Shown here one piece after another: positions 50,394 to 61,556 of a stretch of 64,000 bases of DNA (positions are counted from its first letter, which is position 1; each line of letters begins with the position of its first letter). Source of the DNA: a virus. The translations under genes were made by a program, and so were the position numbers. The stretch is taken from positions 32,001 to 96,000 of IMG/VR virus record IMGVR_UViG_3300024257_000005. One strand, 5' to 3'. The notes under the pieces were generated by a model. It ran no database searches. It worked only from the letters and a program-made list of their open reading frames with translations, and was not told where the DNA came from.

Positions 50394-50900
50394 ATGAAAG
50401 TAATATTTTTAGATATCGATGGTGTATTGACTACAGCAACCTGGGCATCAAACTATAGAGAATTTAATCCAGTTTGCACTAATGGATTATTGAAGATATT
50501 GGATGCTGATCCAGAAATTCAGCTTGTGATCTCGTCAACTTGGCGAGGTGGAAAGAAAGATAGCGTCATTGATCCTGAATCAAGATTGTATCGCGAACTT
50601 GAAAAATATGATCTCATTAAAAAGCTCCACAAGGACTGGCAAACTATACATCTCTATGATTTAAGTCGTGGACACGAAATTCAAGATTGGTTAGATCGAC
50701 ATCCTGAAGTAGAGAACTATGTAATTCTTGATGATGATGGTGACATGCTTGATGGTCAAAGAGAACATTTTGTTCATACAGCAACTTGGGATGGGATGCT
50801 TTTAGCACATCTTGATCATGCTATTAAAATATTTGGTATTGAGATGGATGCTGTAAAATGGAACAAAGATTTCATTGAATGTAAACTTATCAAGAAATAA
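50394..50900 (+). CDS. HAD phosphatase (Swiss-army-knife RNA-repair type)
   Basis: FLDIDGVL, ISSTWR, RGHEIQDWL and YVILDDD motifs. Confidence 0.85.
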   Translation: MKVIFLDIDGVLTTATWASNYREFNPVCTNGLLKILDADPEIQLVISSTWRGGKKDSVIDPESRLYRELEKYDLIKKLHKDWQTIHLYDLSRGHEIQDWLDRHPEVENYVILDDDGDMLDGQREHFVHTATWDGMLLAHLDHAIKIFGIEMDAVKWNKDFIECKLIKK

Positions 50901-51415
50901 AAACCGATAATCGAAGGACCTATTGCATATTTCACTATATACAATAACCCATAATCAGAGGAGAAGAAGAATGCAAGACGCACAGTTCAAAATAACCGAA
51001 GTGAAAGCTTCAAAGCATGGAAATACACACCAAGCTTACCGAGTTGTGGCACCAACAAGTAAAAGTTACTACGATCGGAAAAGCATGTCAATCAGTCGTG
51101 AAGAATATCACGAATTACAGAAGCTGGACAAAGATTCTACAAATGTAGTTGTTCAGTTTATTAATCCTGACACGGAGAAGATTGATGATAAACCGTTTTT
51201 CCATGGCAAGCTACGAACATTCCTCCAGAAGGAAGTTAATATCACTGGAGAGTATGTAATCTTTTGGCTATATAAACCTGCCGAGAGTTAAAGTTGTTCT
51301 ATAGAGATCTTATAGATCTGTTAAAGTGGTTCTATTTTTATTTGACTTGGACGAAATAACTGTTTCATCCAAGTCATCTCTATAGTATATTGTGGCAACA
51401 AACAAAGGAGTTGTT

Positions 51416-51943
51416 ATGCAAAAAATCACACATAAAGAGTTAGTTGAAAAGCTAAATCAATATCGTGGAGTTACATTCATTTCATGTTCAATCGAATCAC
51501 CGGTCAAAATGGCCAAAGGTGGACGAGCTGGACGAGCAATAAATCCCTACCATGAACAGATTACAAAAGCTTCTTATCTCAATGGAGCTATTGGATTTGA
51601 CTATGAAAAGTCAGTAAATAACCAACGTGGAAAAGAAGGCGTTGAAGAAGTTTTTGAATCCAAACCAAGGGCTTGGGGAACGGTCATGGAAGGTGGAAAA
51701 TTTGTTGAGCATAAAGGTAATTTCTATCTTCAGCTCAAGGTTGAGAATGTTGGTGTTGATTCGGTTCAATATTTCAATGAAGGTCAAGCAATTGATCCAG
51801 AGCTTCTTACTGAATGGCTTCCCAAGAAACGTGAAGGTTCAGGACGGCAAGATGTTGAAAACGAGATCATCCTTCGTGACATCAAATTGGCCAGTATTAA
51901 ATCAATCAAATTTGGAAAAGAAGAATATGAGGTAACAGAATAA
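51416..51943 (+). CDS. Conserved phage hypothetical early protein
   Basis: Early promoter and RBS; YEKSVNNQR..WG..HKG.FYL. Confidence 0.65.
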   Translation: MQKITHKELVEKLNQYRGVTFISCSIESPVKMAKGGRAGRAINPYHEQITKASYLNGAIGFDYEKSVNNQRGKEGVEEVFESKPRAWGTVMEGGKFVEHKGNFYLQLKVENVGVDSVQYFNEGQAIDPELLTEWLPKKREGSGRQDVENEIILRDIKLASIKSIKFGKEEYEVTE

Positions 51944-52867
51944 TGAAAGATACAGACATAAAATTCACAATTGGCGGGACAGAGATTAACACAGCTGACC
52001 TTACATATAGGCAAAAACAGGTCGCTCGAAACAGTTCAAAGTGGATTGGTTTTGCAATCATATGGATGGGAGCAGGATTCTGGGTTGCATTTGGTGTATT
52101 GCTTGTGGCAATCTTTGTAAATCTCGAACTTATCCCAGATTAGACCTTTCATCTAATCGTTTTGAAGTGTATATTCAGGTAACAACAAAAGGAGTTCGCA
52201 ATGAATAAAGCAACAATGATGAGAAAAGACCTCTCGAAAAATCCCAAATCTTTCACCAGTTTTGTCAAAGAAAATTATCAGAAGCTTATGACATTATCGT
52301 CAAATCCTGAAGATCTTATTTCTTTTATTAATGAAGAAACCAAAGGCTTTAGCGTATCTGAAAAATATCGGAATGCTTTAACTGAAAAGCTTATGTCCGG
52401 CTCAGTAACTCAGAATCAGTACTACCTTACAAATGCATATTTGACCGGAAAAGGTCTGAGCGTAGCAGGTATCTAATGGACTATAATCTAGATAAACTTA
52501 AAGATGGAGTAGTAGCACTGGCAATGGATAGGATCAAAGTAATGCTAGACGCAATGGGTGAAAAAGTGGGACCTGGCAATTTGAACTTGATTAAAACTGA
52601 ACTTGACAGGGCATATTTAGATGGCAGTATTGATGTCATCAACGCAATAAAGGAGATTAAGAGATAATGTGTATTTGTGGTGGAGTTGTAGAGGTCTCAA
52701 TCGGTGCATTTCTATTTGGACTGATTGCAGGACTATTAAAGAAGTTTAAGAATAAAAAGAAGACATGTCATTGTCCAGAAATTGATCATCATTTCAATTT
52801 AGATGACTAAAACTGTTTCATTTGGCGCTGCAGGGTGTATATTATGGTAACAACAAAAGGAGTTAAC

Positions 52868-53191
52868 ATGATTACAAAGAATGAAAGAATCGCAACAAAA
52901 GCTTATGAAAGACTCGTCAAGCCTATGATGGAGAGGTACAATGAGTCAGTTGAAATGAGTCATGCAATCGATTTTGGTGAGTTCAGCACGGTTGATTTCC
53001 CAGATGAAGAACATGAAGCCTTGCTTCAAAAGGTTGCATCACGTTTTGGTATGACAAGTGATAGATTGTTCACGACCTCATACATGGCATCAGAAGAATA
53101 TGAAGAGCATGCTCGTGAACATAGAGTTTGGATAGATCCAGCCGGCGGAACACATGTTGGCTTTGAAGATCCAGCAGCAATGTATGCTTAA
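52868..53191 (+). CDS. Hypothetical early protein
   Basis: Early promoter, AAGGAG and ATG 52868. Confidence 0.6.
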   Translation: MITKNERIATKAYERLVKPMMERYNESVEMSHAIDFGEFSTVDFPDEEHEALLQKVASRFGMTSDRLFTTSYMASEEYEEHAREHRVWIDPAGGTHVGFEDPAAMYA

Positions 53192-53203
53192 AGGAGATCA
53201 AAA

Positions 53204-53557
53204 ATGGGATTAACACTGTGGCTGGCACGTAAATGTGGCTATGAACAAGAGATCAATTCGAAGCCATTCAGGAAAGAGCTGTATCAATTCTTTCATTGGA
53301 ATAGAGAAGTGAATTTTGGTTCCAATAGCTTAGGTGATCACGACTATCTCCATGATATTCATGACGTCACTGCAAAGATCAATGCCGACAATGAATATAT
53401 TGTCACAATTAAGACTACTCGACCTGGGTATATCATTGGTGCCAAGGGATGGCTTATCACTCAGATTCAGCTTTATATGCAGGCACAGTTCCCTGATAAA
53501 GTATTGAAAATACATATTGAAGAAACACGACTATGGGCAGAGCTCTGGAGAGATTAA
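53204..53557 (+). CDS. Type II KH-domain protein (uS3-like)
   Basis: VTIKTTRPGYIIGAKGWLITQI..KIHIEE. Confidence 0.75.
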   Translation: MGLTLWLARKCGYEQEINSKPFRKELYQFFHWNREVNFGSNSLGDHDYLHDIHDVTAKINADNEYIVTIKTTRPGYIIGAKGWLITQIQLYMQAQFPDKVLKIHIEETRLWAELWRD

Positions 53558-53754
53558 TGTGAGCATTGAAACATTAGTTGCATTAATAGAGTTCACAGGC
53601 GGTGACGCCACGGACATCATTGAGTGGCATAAGGCTGAAATCGTTCTTGACAAAATAACTAAAATTATAACAGAGAGCAAGCACGGATTTGAAAGCCCAG
53701 TTGCAAATGTCAATATCATAGAAGCATTATTGGAATATAAAAAGGACTAATAAA

Positions 53755-54741
53755 TTGACAAAACAAAAATCTGTAAAATTAGTACTCATGAGAGGAATAC
53801 CAGGGTCTGGTAAATCTACAAAATCAAAAGCAATGGTTGCTAAAGATCCAAATAGCTGGGTTAGAATAAATCGAGATGATTTTCGATTTATGATTAACGA
53901 CTATTTCTATGGCAATATGAGAGTAGAAAATTTGATTTCAAAAGCAACACACCGAATGGCTGAAGATGCTTTACGTGCAGGATTCAATGTTATATCTGAC
54001 GATATGAACTTGAGACAAAAGTATGTTACTGAATGGCACAATATTGCTGAAAAAATTGGTAATATTACTGTTGTTGAAAAATACATGGACATCACTCTGA
54101 AAGAAGCGCTTAAAAGAGATTTGACTCGTGAAAAGAAAGTCGGAGCTGATGTAGTTAAGAACCAGTTTAATAAATATGTTAAGAATATGAAAATTCGTGA
54201 AGAGACATATTACCCACCAGTTGATAGAGCTGGACAGTACATTGTTCAAGATGAATCATTACCTAGAGCAGTTATCTGTGATATTGATGGAACAGCAGCT
54301 CTTATGAATGGAAAGCGTGGACCTTTTGAATGGCACAATGTATTCAGAGATGATGTGAATAAACCTGTAGAAGAGTTGATTAAAATAATTCAAAACAGTA
54401 ATGATTTCGTTGGCTATGGTTATGAGTTAGCTGGTGAGACACAAGAGTATGATGATGTAAAAATGATCTACTTATCAGGTCGTGATGGAGCAGCAAAGGA
54501 TGAGACAATCCGCTGGTTCAAAGAAAAGATGAAGATCGAAGTTGTCTATGGTGACAATCTATTCATGAGAGCACCAAATGATCAACGCAAAGATTCTATC
54601 ATCAAGCAAGAGCTATATGATGCTCACATCAGAGGGCAATATAATGTTCTATTTGTATTGGATGATAGAAATCAAGTAGTAGACAACTGGAGACAAGAAA
54701 TTGGACTACCAACATTTCAAGTAGAATATGGAGATTTCTAA
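53755..54741 (+). CDS. pseT: Polynucleotide 5'-kinase/3'-phosphatase
   Basis: GIPGSGKST, NRDDFR, CDIDGT, SGR and LDDRNQVV motifs. Confidence 0.93.
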   Translation: MTKQKSVKLVLMRGIPGSGKSTKSKAMVAKDPNSWVRINRDDFRFMINDYFYGNMRVENLISKATHRMAEDALRAGFNVISDDMNLRQKYVTEWHNIAEKIGNITVVEKYMDITLKEALKRDLTREKKVGADVVKNQFNKYVKNMKIREETYYPPVDRAGQYIVQDESLPRAVICDIDGTAALMNGKRGPFEWHNVFRDDVNKPVEELIKIIQNSNDFVGYGYELAGETQEYDDVKMIYLSGRDGAAKDETIRWFKEKMKIEVVYGDNLFMRAPNDQRKDSIIKQELYDAHIRGQYNVLFVLDDRNQVVDNWRQEIGLPTFQVEYGDF

Positions 54742-55033
54742 AATAACGGTTTCATTTGTTAATGCAGTATAGTATATTGCAGTAACAACCAAAGGAGTAC
54801 ACAATGAAATGGTTACAAAAATTCAAAAAAGGTCATCTTATTGAGCCATTCATTTATGTAGATTTTGACGATAGAATTGTCAGGGCACACAGAGGTAATA
54901 GAATCAAATGGCTTGAAAAGCATTACATCTATTCATTTACATTCCAAGGTGCTGTTCATGCGACAAAGAAATTAACCGAAAAGAAATACCCACAATATGC
55001 TGGGTCAATTTATTATTTTTAGAAGGAAGCAAT

Positions 55034-55813
55034 ATGTCTGACATTGTAAAATATATCAAAGATTTTGAGAAAGAGAAATTGCTCTACCTTGTTCTTGCAG
55101 GGTCACGAGGATATTCAACTCACACAGATGAGTCTGACTATGATTATCGTGGGGTGTTTGTGAATACTAAGGAAGAAGTAATTGGTAGCCTAACGCGAGA
55201 TAAACAAAAATACTGGCCTGACACTGAAGATGCAATGCTCCATGGTTTGCAAAAATTTGTTAAGCTGGCCTCAAATGCAAGTCCTAATGTCATTGAACTT
55301 TTATTCATGAATGGTACGGCAGAATATATTCATCCCTTGTTTGCAAAATGGTTCCTTGACAATCGTGATGACTTTTTATCTCTAAAATGCTATAATAGTT
55401 ACTCAGGATATGCTTGGGGACAGGTTCAACAAAGCAAGCATAAGTCTTCTCATGGATCCTTACGTGAAAAATATAAATGTGGAGATCCTCAAGATCCATA
55501 TGATTCAAAATATGCAATGCACACAATTCGCATGATGTATAATGGATTAGAAATTATTCAGACTGGGATGTTAACTCCAAATTTCAAGGATAGCGGCCTT
55601 CTTACCGTTTTACAAGAGATTCGGAAAGGTGATTTCTATAAAAATGCTACTGAATTTTATCAGCATGTAGAAAGCCTTGATGCTGACATTAAAAAATCAC
55701 ATGAGCATGCTTCAATTGGAAAGTGGCTTCGTGAAGAACCAAGTCGGGATCGGATGAATGAATTACTAATTGGATTCTATGAAGAACTTTGGTATTCAAA
55801 ATGAAATATATAA
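55034..55813 (+). CDS. Pol-beta superfamily nucleotidyltransferase (RlaP-like); ends 55804 if TGA terminates
   Basis: GSRGY..SDYDYRGVF, PNVIELL and KYAMHTIR motifs. Confidence 0.85.
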
Positions 55814-56144
55814 TATTATTGGCATTCATTGGTTTGGTTATTGAAGCTCGATATCAAATTGAGAAAATGAAAAACAAGCCATTCAGCGATGAAAATTCTG
55901 AATATGACCAATCGATGAAGATTAATCAATATGTTGTTTTTCTAAAAGACTATCAATCGGAAGAGCAGAAGAATATGCGACAGGAGAAATATAACAAGGG
56001 TGAAGTTGTGACTGTTCGGCATATATCAACTGGAGTTGTGGGCCCAATCCAGATTGAATACTTAAATGCTATTGATTATTCTATGATTGTTGATAATGCA
56101 GGATATACAATTATGAGAATCATACCAATTGAAAGGTAGATATA

Positions 56145-57245
56145 ATGAAGATTAAAATACCACAAGAACTAATTGACGAGCGATATATCAGGTTTCAGAA
56201 GCATCCGACTCTTGATTTATACATCTACAATTATACTCACAAATGTCAGTTCGAACAGAATTGGAATGAGTGGACTATGATGTGCCGTGGTTTGATCCTT
56301 GATGGTGAAGGAAATATTGTTTCACGCCCATTAAAGAAATTCTTCAATCTTGGCGAAGGTGAACATACTCTTGAGAATCTTCCAAAAGGTAATTATACAT
56401 TGACGAAGAAAATGGATGGATCATTCCTAGAAATTGTTAAATGGGATGGATATGTTGTTGTAGCTACTCGTGGCTCATTCGAATCTGATCAGGCTGAACA
56501 TGCTATGAAAGTTCTTAACGAAAAACACCCTGACATATTTGAATTGGATAAATTTCAAGAAGGATTGACATACATCTTTGAAGTGATCTACCCAGAAAAT
56601 AGAATTGTTGTTGACTATAATGGATATGATGATCTTGTCCTATTGACTATTGTTGAGAATGAAACTGGGTATGAATATCCAAATTACAAAAACAATGCTC
56701 TTGGATTTGATGTTGTTGAAACTCTAGAAGGTAAGTGGGATTTTGATGAGATCAAAGAGCTTAATACTGAAAATGAAGAAGGATGGGTTGCACACTGGCC
56801 AGGGTCAGACAACTATCGTGTGAAGATCAAGTTTGCCGACTATGTTGAATTGCATAGAATCGTAACTGGATTATCAGAGCTAAGCATCTGGAGACTGTTG
56901 GGTCAAGGAAATAATATCAATGACATTATTGACAAGGTTCCTGACGAACTATTTAAATGGGCTCAAACAATTGTGACTGCTCTCTGGAAAGAATATCACG
57001 CAATTAAAAAACAAGTTGAAGATGATTATAGCAAAGCTGTTGCAAGTGTGTTTGATCTTGCATTGCATAAAGAAGGCGAACCAGTTCGAAAAGACTATGC
57101 AGTTGAATTTACTGGATATAAATATCCCGGAATGATGTTTGCAATTCTTGATGGAAAAGAATTTGAAAGCAGAATCTGGCCCTTAATCAGACCGAAAGCA
57201 AATGAAATCAAAGAAGTCTCAGAACTTCCCAAATGGAGTAACTAA
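56145..57245 (+). CDS. RNA ligase, T4 Rnl1 family
   Basis: CRGLILD, KKFFN, KMDGS, TRGSF, FEVI, EGWV and KIK motifs. Confidence 0.92.
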   Translation: MKIKIPQELIDERYIRFQKHPTLDLYIYNYTHKCQFEQNWNEWTMMCRGLILDGEGNIVSRPLKKFFNLGEGEHTLENLPKGNYTLTKKMDGSFLEIVKWDGYVVVATRGSFESDQAEHAMKVLNEKHPDIFELDKFQEGLTYIFEVIYPENRIVVDYNGYDDLVLLTIVENETGYEYPNYKNNALGFDVVETLEGKWDFDEIKELNTENEEGWVAHWPGSDNYRVKIKFADYVELHRIVTGLSELSIWRLLGQGNNINDIIDKVPDELFKWAQTIVTALWKEYHAIKKQVEDDYSKAVASVFDLALHKEGEPVRKDYAVEFTGYKYPGMMFAILDGKEFESRIWPLIRPKANEIKEVSELPKWSN

Positions 57246-57541
57246 TGTATCAAGAATTTTATCATGATGAATATGAAGATCACTTGGCAGAACGAGCTAT
57301 GTGGGACTGGCTAGATAAATGGTGGTGGACACTGATCCCAATTGTTCCACTAATTCCATTTTTAGTTATAGGGATTGGTGTTTATGCACTAATTTTTGGG
57401 AGTTAATAAAACCGACTTTTTGCTCTTTGATATATATTTATACATAACTCGAATCCGTTTAACGTGAGGCATGAAGACCTTTAGAGTTGTTACATGATAG
57501 CAACAAAATGTTAAGTGGAGATATTAATAAGGAGACACATC

Positions 57542-58354
57542 ATGAACACTACTCAAAGAGTGGGCACTCAGCCCGAAGCACACATTTCAATTGACAAAAA
57601 CAGATTACAAAGATTCCGTGGAAAAGTATATCTTTCTGACAAAGCCAAGTTTGAGATTGAACTATTCAATCCAACTCAGCGCCGTTATGGAGTCAAATTT
57701 CTATTCAATGGGGAATACATGTCTAATCGACATTTGATCATAGACCCAGGCCAACGTATTTTTCTGGACAGGTTTATTGAAACAAAGAAACGATTTGAAT
57801 TTAACACATATGAAGTGGATGATTCACCAGCTGCAAAAGCAGCAATCAGTAAGAATGGATTAATAGAGGTAGAATTTCATCAAGAAAACGATCCTATTCC
57901 TCTATTGAATAACACAACCAACTGGCCAGCACAGTTTACATATACTGGAGATTGGTTTGGATTTCACGGCAATACATTTGATCAGTACAATACGACAATA
58001 AGCAACAGTGGTGGAATATCAGAAAATACTACTGTAAATTATTGCAGCACCAATCTCAATCAGAGTCCAAAGAAGAACGCTAGACATAAGCTGATGAGAT
58101 CAATGGCAGCACCAGAGCCAATTGAGACAGGAAGGATTAATAAGTCGAATGAAAATTCTAATCAAGAATTTCAAAGTGTTGAGGCTGATTTTAACTGGAT
58201 TGTAGATACAAAGGTTGTTTTGCAATTACTTCCAATTAGTCTTCAACCAGCCAATCAAAGAGACTTGGTGCAGTATTGTCCTGTTGATGGCACTAAATTC
58301 AAAAAGGGATATAATTTCTGTCCCAAATGTGGAAAGGCTAAAGATTGAAAATAA
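57542..58354 (+). CDS. Conserved hypothetical protein with C-terminal zinc ribbon (ends 58348 if TGA terminates)
   Basis: AAGGAG RBS; EIELFNP and FCPKCG. Confidence 0.7.
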
Positions 58355-58673
58355 TCGAATTCAAAGGCACTAAGTATAGAGTGCTACATAAGATACCTGC
58401 CGATCGTGTCACTGATTCTATCGTTAAAGGGATCCAACATGATCAGCGGATATTTTCGAAACAAACAAATGAAGAATGGTTTCTGGAAGAAATTGAAGAG
58501 GCAGAGTTTAGTCCCATTAAAGCTAAATCTACAAAGAAGAAACGGACGCCCTCGATTATACTTCCAGCACACCCAGGTCAGACGATCGACATAAAGGCCT
58601 AAAAAGAAATCAAACTATTGCAAATTTTATATATATTTATATAAATAATGACAACTAACCAAGGAGAAAATAT

Positions 58674-59111
58674 ATGGAACAACTAACTGTAAATAAATTC
58701 TTCTGTGACGTATGTGGCGGTGAAATAGAAAACAAATGTAAGATCGTAAGTGAGACATTTGTGACTAATTCTTCAGCTGGTAATGAATTACGATTTGCAG
58801 ATGATGTACGGCTGGCTCACCTTGAGTGTGTTAACGACAATGAAACTGTTGTAATTGCACCCAAGCTTAATGAGTTCAAAGCATTGGAAAAGGAAGTCAA
58901 AAGACTGACTAAAGTTAATGATCTTCTCAATGATGAAAATGCTGAATTAGCTGAAGAAAATGCAGGATTGAAAGATACTCCTCCTCCAATAACTCAAGCT
59001 GATGTAGATCAGGTTCGAGAAGAAGAGGCAACTCCTCTTAAATTTGATGAGAAAGCACCGGCATTTGAAGTAAAAGATTCAAAAGGTAATAAAAAGTTGA
59101 CTGTAAAATAA
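58674..59111 (+). CDS. Hypothetical zinc-binding/coiled-coil protein
   Basis: CDVC..HLEC; late motif and RBS. Confidence 0.6.
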   Translation: MEQLTVNKFFCDVCGGEIENKCKIVSETFVTNSSAGNELRFADDVRLAHLECVNDNETVVIAPKLNEFKALEKEVKRLTKVNDLLNDENAELAEENAGLKDTPPPITQADVDQVREEEATPLKFDEKAPAFEVKDSKGNKKLTVK

Positions 59112-59117
59112 GAAACT

Positions 59118-59475
59118 GGGGCCGACCTGGATTCGACGGGATGATTTTTGACAATAAGTGCAAGTAGACAGAGTGAGTCTTAAAAACTAAACAACCAGAG
59201 ATAACTGGCACAAACTACGCAATCGCAGCCTAAGGAATTAGGCAGCCGTTAGCTCCACGACTTCGATAATGGAGGTCTAACGTCGTTTTCGAATAGGTAT
59301 TTATGCAACAAGTTTCACCGAATTGAAACTGGATCACTGCGGCCATGAGTATACATGCCGATAAGATTTGTTGGAGTTCTAAATTCGTATTAATTGAAAG
59401 AAACCAACTAAACTTGTGAACGACTTGTTGAAGGAAGCTTTGCGGACGGGAGTTCGATTCTCCCCGGCTCCACCA
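59118..59475 (+). ncRNA. ssrA: tmRNA; tag (A)GTNYAIAA* at 59207-59233
   Basis: GGGGCCGA..GGATTCGAC 5' end, G3:U70, T-arm GGGAG-TTCGATT-CTCCC, ACCA end; ATAACT precedes the resume codon. Confidence 0.95.
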
Positions 59476-60532
59476 ATTTTTAAATAAAGGATGCATCATG
59501 ACAAAAGAGCGCACAAAAGTAGTAACAGTAACTGACCTGAATAGGCCAGATCTTGATCAGCATGTTCAGTCGGTAATTGGTTACTGGGCTTCAGAAGGAT
59601 ATGACTATGTCAATTCGCATAACGTAGATAAGAAATTCGTATTGTTTTTCTCATTGCGTGAGTTTGCAGACATTGAGGATCTTGGACCTAAAAAAGAATT
59701 GCTTCACGGATAGTATTATGAGAACCAATCTATCACACACATGGCCTGGGAAAGCAATACTTGTTAAGAGTGCCAAAGGTACATATACGATTATTCATCT
59801 AAGAGAATTGCCATACAACAAGTTTGAGACTGAAACATATTTGGCCGATAAGAATGGCGTCGCAATTAGTATGGAGCCTACAGCAGTATTTGTGGGAGAT
59901 CTATTTGATGCTACAGTTAATAGATGCGATATTTATTACAAGCCTCGGAAACCAAAATCGGTTGCATCGGCCGTTCGGAAACCAAAATCGGTTTCCAAAA
60001 AACATGAGTTTATAGTAGATGAAGTCAAGATTGAAGACGAGCCACTTGTAATTGTTCACCCACCACTGACAGGAAATGAGACTGGATCTGAAGGAGCTAT
60101 TCATATTGATGCTAGTTCTGAAGACGCTCCCTTTAAAGAGCATGTGGGTGAGGTTGGTCCAATAACAATAACGGAAAAGGTGCTCAGCTCTGATGACATC
60201 AAATCAAGCATCAAATAATCTACCTTCATTAGTAGATGTGCTCAAACGAATAGTAGCAGTATCTGAAACTTGTAATGAACTCACAGGAAATCTCAATACA
60301 GTTCTAACTGACATTCAGTATCTAGCGATATCATTATCGTTCCTTGCTGAGAATTATGGTGATAGTCCTGCCTTGGTTTCTAAACTGAGAGAAGATGTTA
60401 AATTTGCTTCATCATTACAGCAAAATGAATTACAAGAATTAACAACAAAAATACTAGGTTATCTGGACGACTTTATTGAGTTTGCCTCAGATAATGAAGA
60501 GTTAAAAGCAATCCTTAAAAAAAGAGGCTAAT

Positions 60533-61195
60533 ATGAAAATTGTTAGAAACGTTTACAAAATCCCAGAGAAAGATCAAATCAAAAATTATGAAGAGCTTGA
60601 AAAAATTATACAGAAGCATCTCAAATATGCTGACCGTTGGGAACAGATTGGACCCATGCTCGAGACTATTGAAGCCGATTTTGCAAGCTCGCCTGCCTCT
60701 CCCGGGGGACATGGAGCATACATTGGAGGACTGGTTGAACACATATTAGATGTAATCCCATATGTGCTGTTAATTAGAAGCGTGTATGAGCAAGAAGGAT
60801 TGGACGTCCCCACCGTGGAACAGTGCGTTTTTGTTTCTGTGTTCCATGACATAGGCAAGGTCACTGATGGTAAAGATCCCAATTATGTTCCTCAGGATTC
60901 CGACTGGCATAGGAAAAATCTTGGATTTAACTTTAAACTGAATGACGAAACTGATGCTGGGTTGGAACACTGTGACAAAAGCTTATTTCTTTTACAGAAA
61001 TTTGGCATCACAATGGACATTGAAGAATATCAAGCCATACGAATCCATGATGGATGCAACTATGGTGGAAATCAACTGAAACGTTATGGATATTCAAACG
61101 AAATCTGTCTCTTAACAGAAATACTACGAACTTCTGACATGATGGCAGCACAAAAGCGCGAGCATTTAGATATGCAAGCTGAAAAAGGAAAGTAA
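60533..61195 (+). CDS. HD-domain phosphohydrolase (YhaM-like)
   Basis: PAS..HGAYIGGLVEH, FHDIGK, H, HDG and SD motifs. Confidence 0.88.
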   Translation: MKIVRNVYKIPEKDQIKNYEELEKIIQKHLKYADRWEQIGPMLETIEADFASSPASPGGHGAYIGGLVEHILDVIPYVLLIRSVYEQEGLDVPTVEQCVFVSVFHDIGKVTDGKDPNYVPQDSDWHRKNLGFNFKLNDETDAGLEHCDKSLFLLQKFGITMDIEEYQAIRIHDGCNYGGNQLKRYGYSNEICLLTEILRTSDMMAAQKREHLDMQAEKGK

Positions 61196-61196
61196 G

Positions 61197-61556
61197 ATGG
61201 AATTAATAACTGTTTTTTCAATAGGTTTTTTGGTTATATTGGTAGCAACAATAGGGAGGCTTTGGTTCTTAAATTCTCTCTATCTAAATATGATTAAAGA
61301 TCACGAAGCGGAAATCGACACACTGATTACTGAGATCAATGGAAAAAATGACGTATTGGAAGACATATGGAATACACTGCAGGAGGTAAAAAAGAGTCTA
61401 ACATCAAATCCTGAAATGAATTTTTATTATGAGAAAAATGCCAAGGTGGCAGAGTTTTTCAATATGATTGACTCAAGTTTAGCAGAGGTCGAAAAGGTTT
61501 ACAATAAATTACGAATGGGAGTATCAACAGATGCCAAAGAAGAGCACATCAAATAA
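61197..61556 (+). CDS. Membrane-anchored coiled-coil protein
   Basis: N-terminal TM helix. Confidence 0.6.
   Translation: MELITVFSIGFLVILVATIGRLWFLNSLYLNMIKDHEAEIDTLITEINGKNDVLEDIWNTLQEVKKSLTSNPEMNFYYEKNAKVAEFFNMIDSSLAEVEKVYNKLRMGVSTDAKEEHIK

Noticed and set aside
59946-59993. 18-bp direct repeat CGGAAACCAAAATCGGTT
   Set aside because: It is an in-frame coding duplication (RKPKSV twice) in a low-complexity linker.
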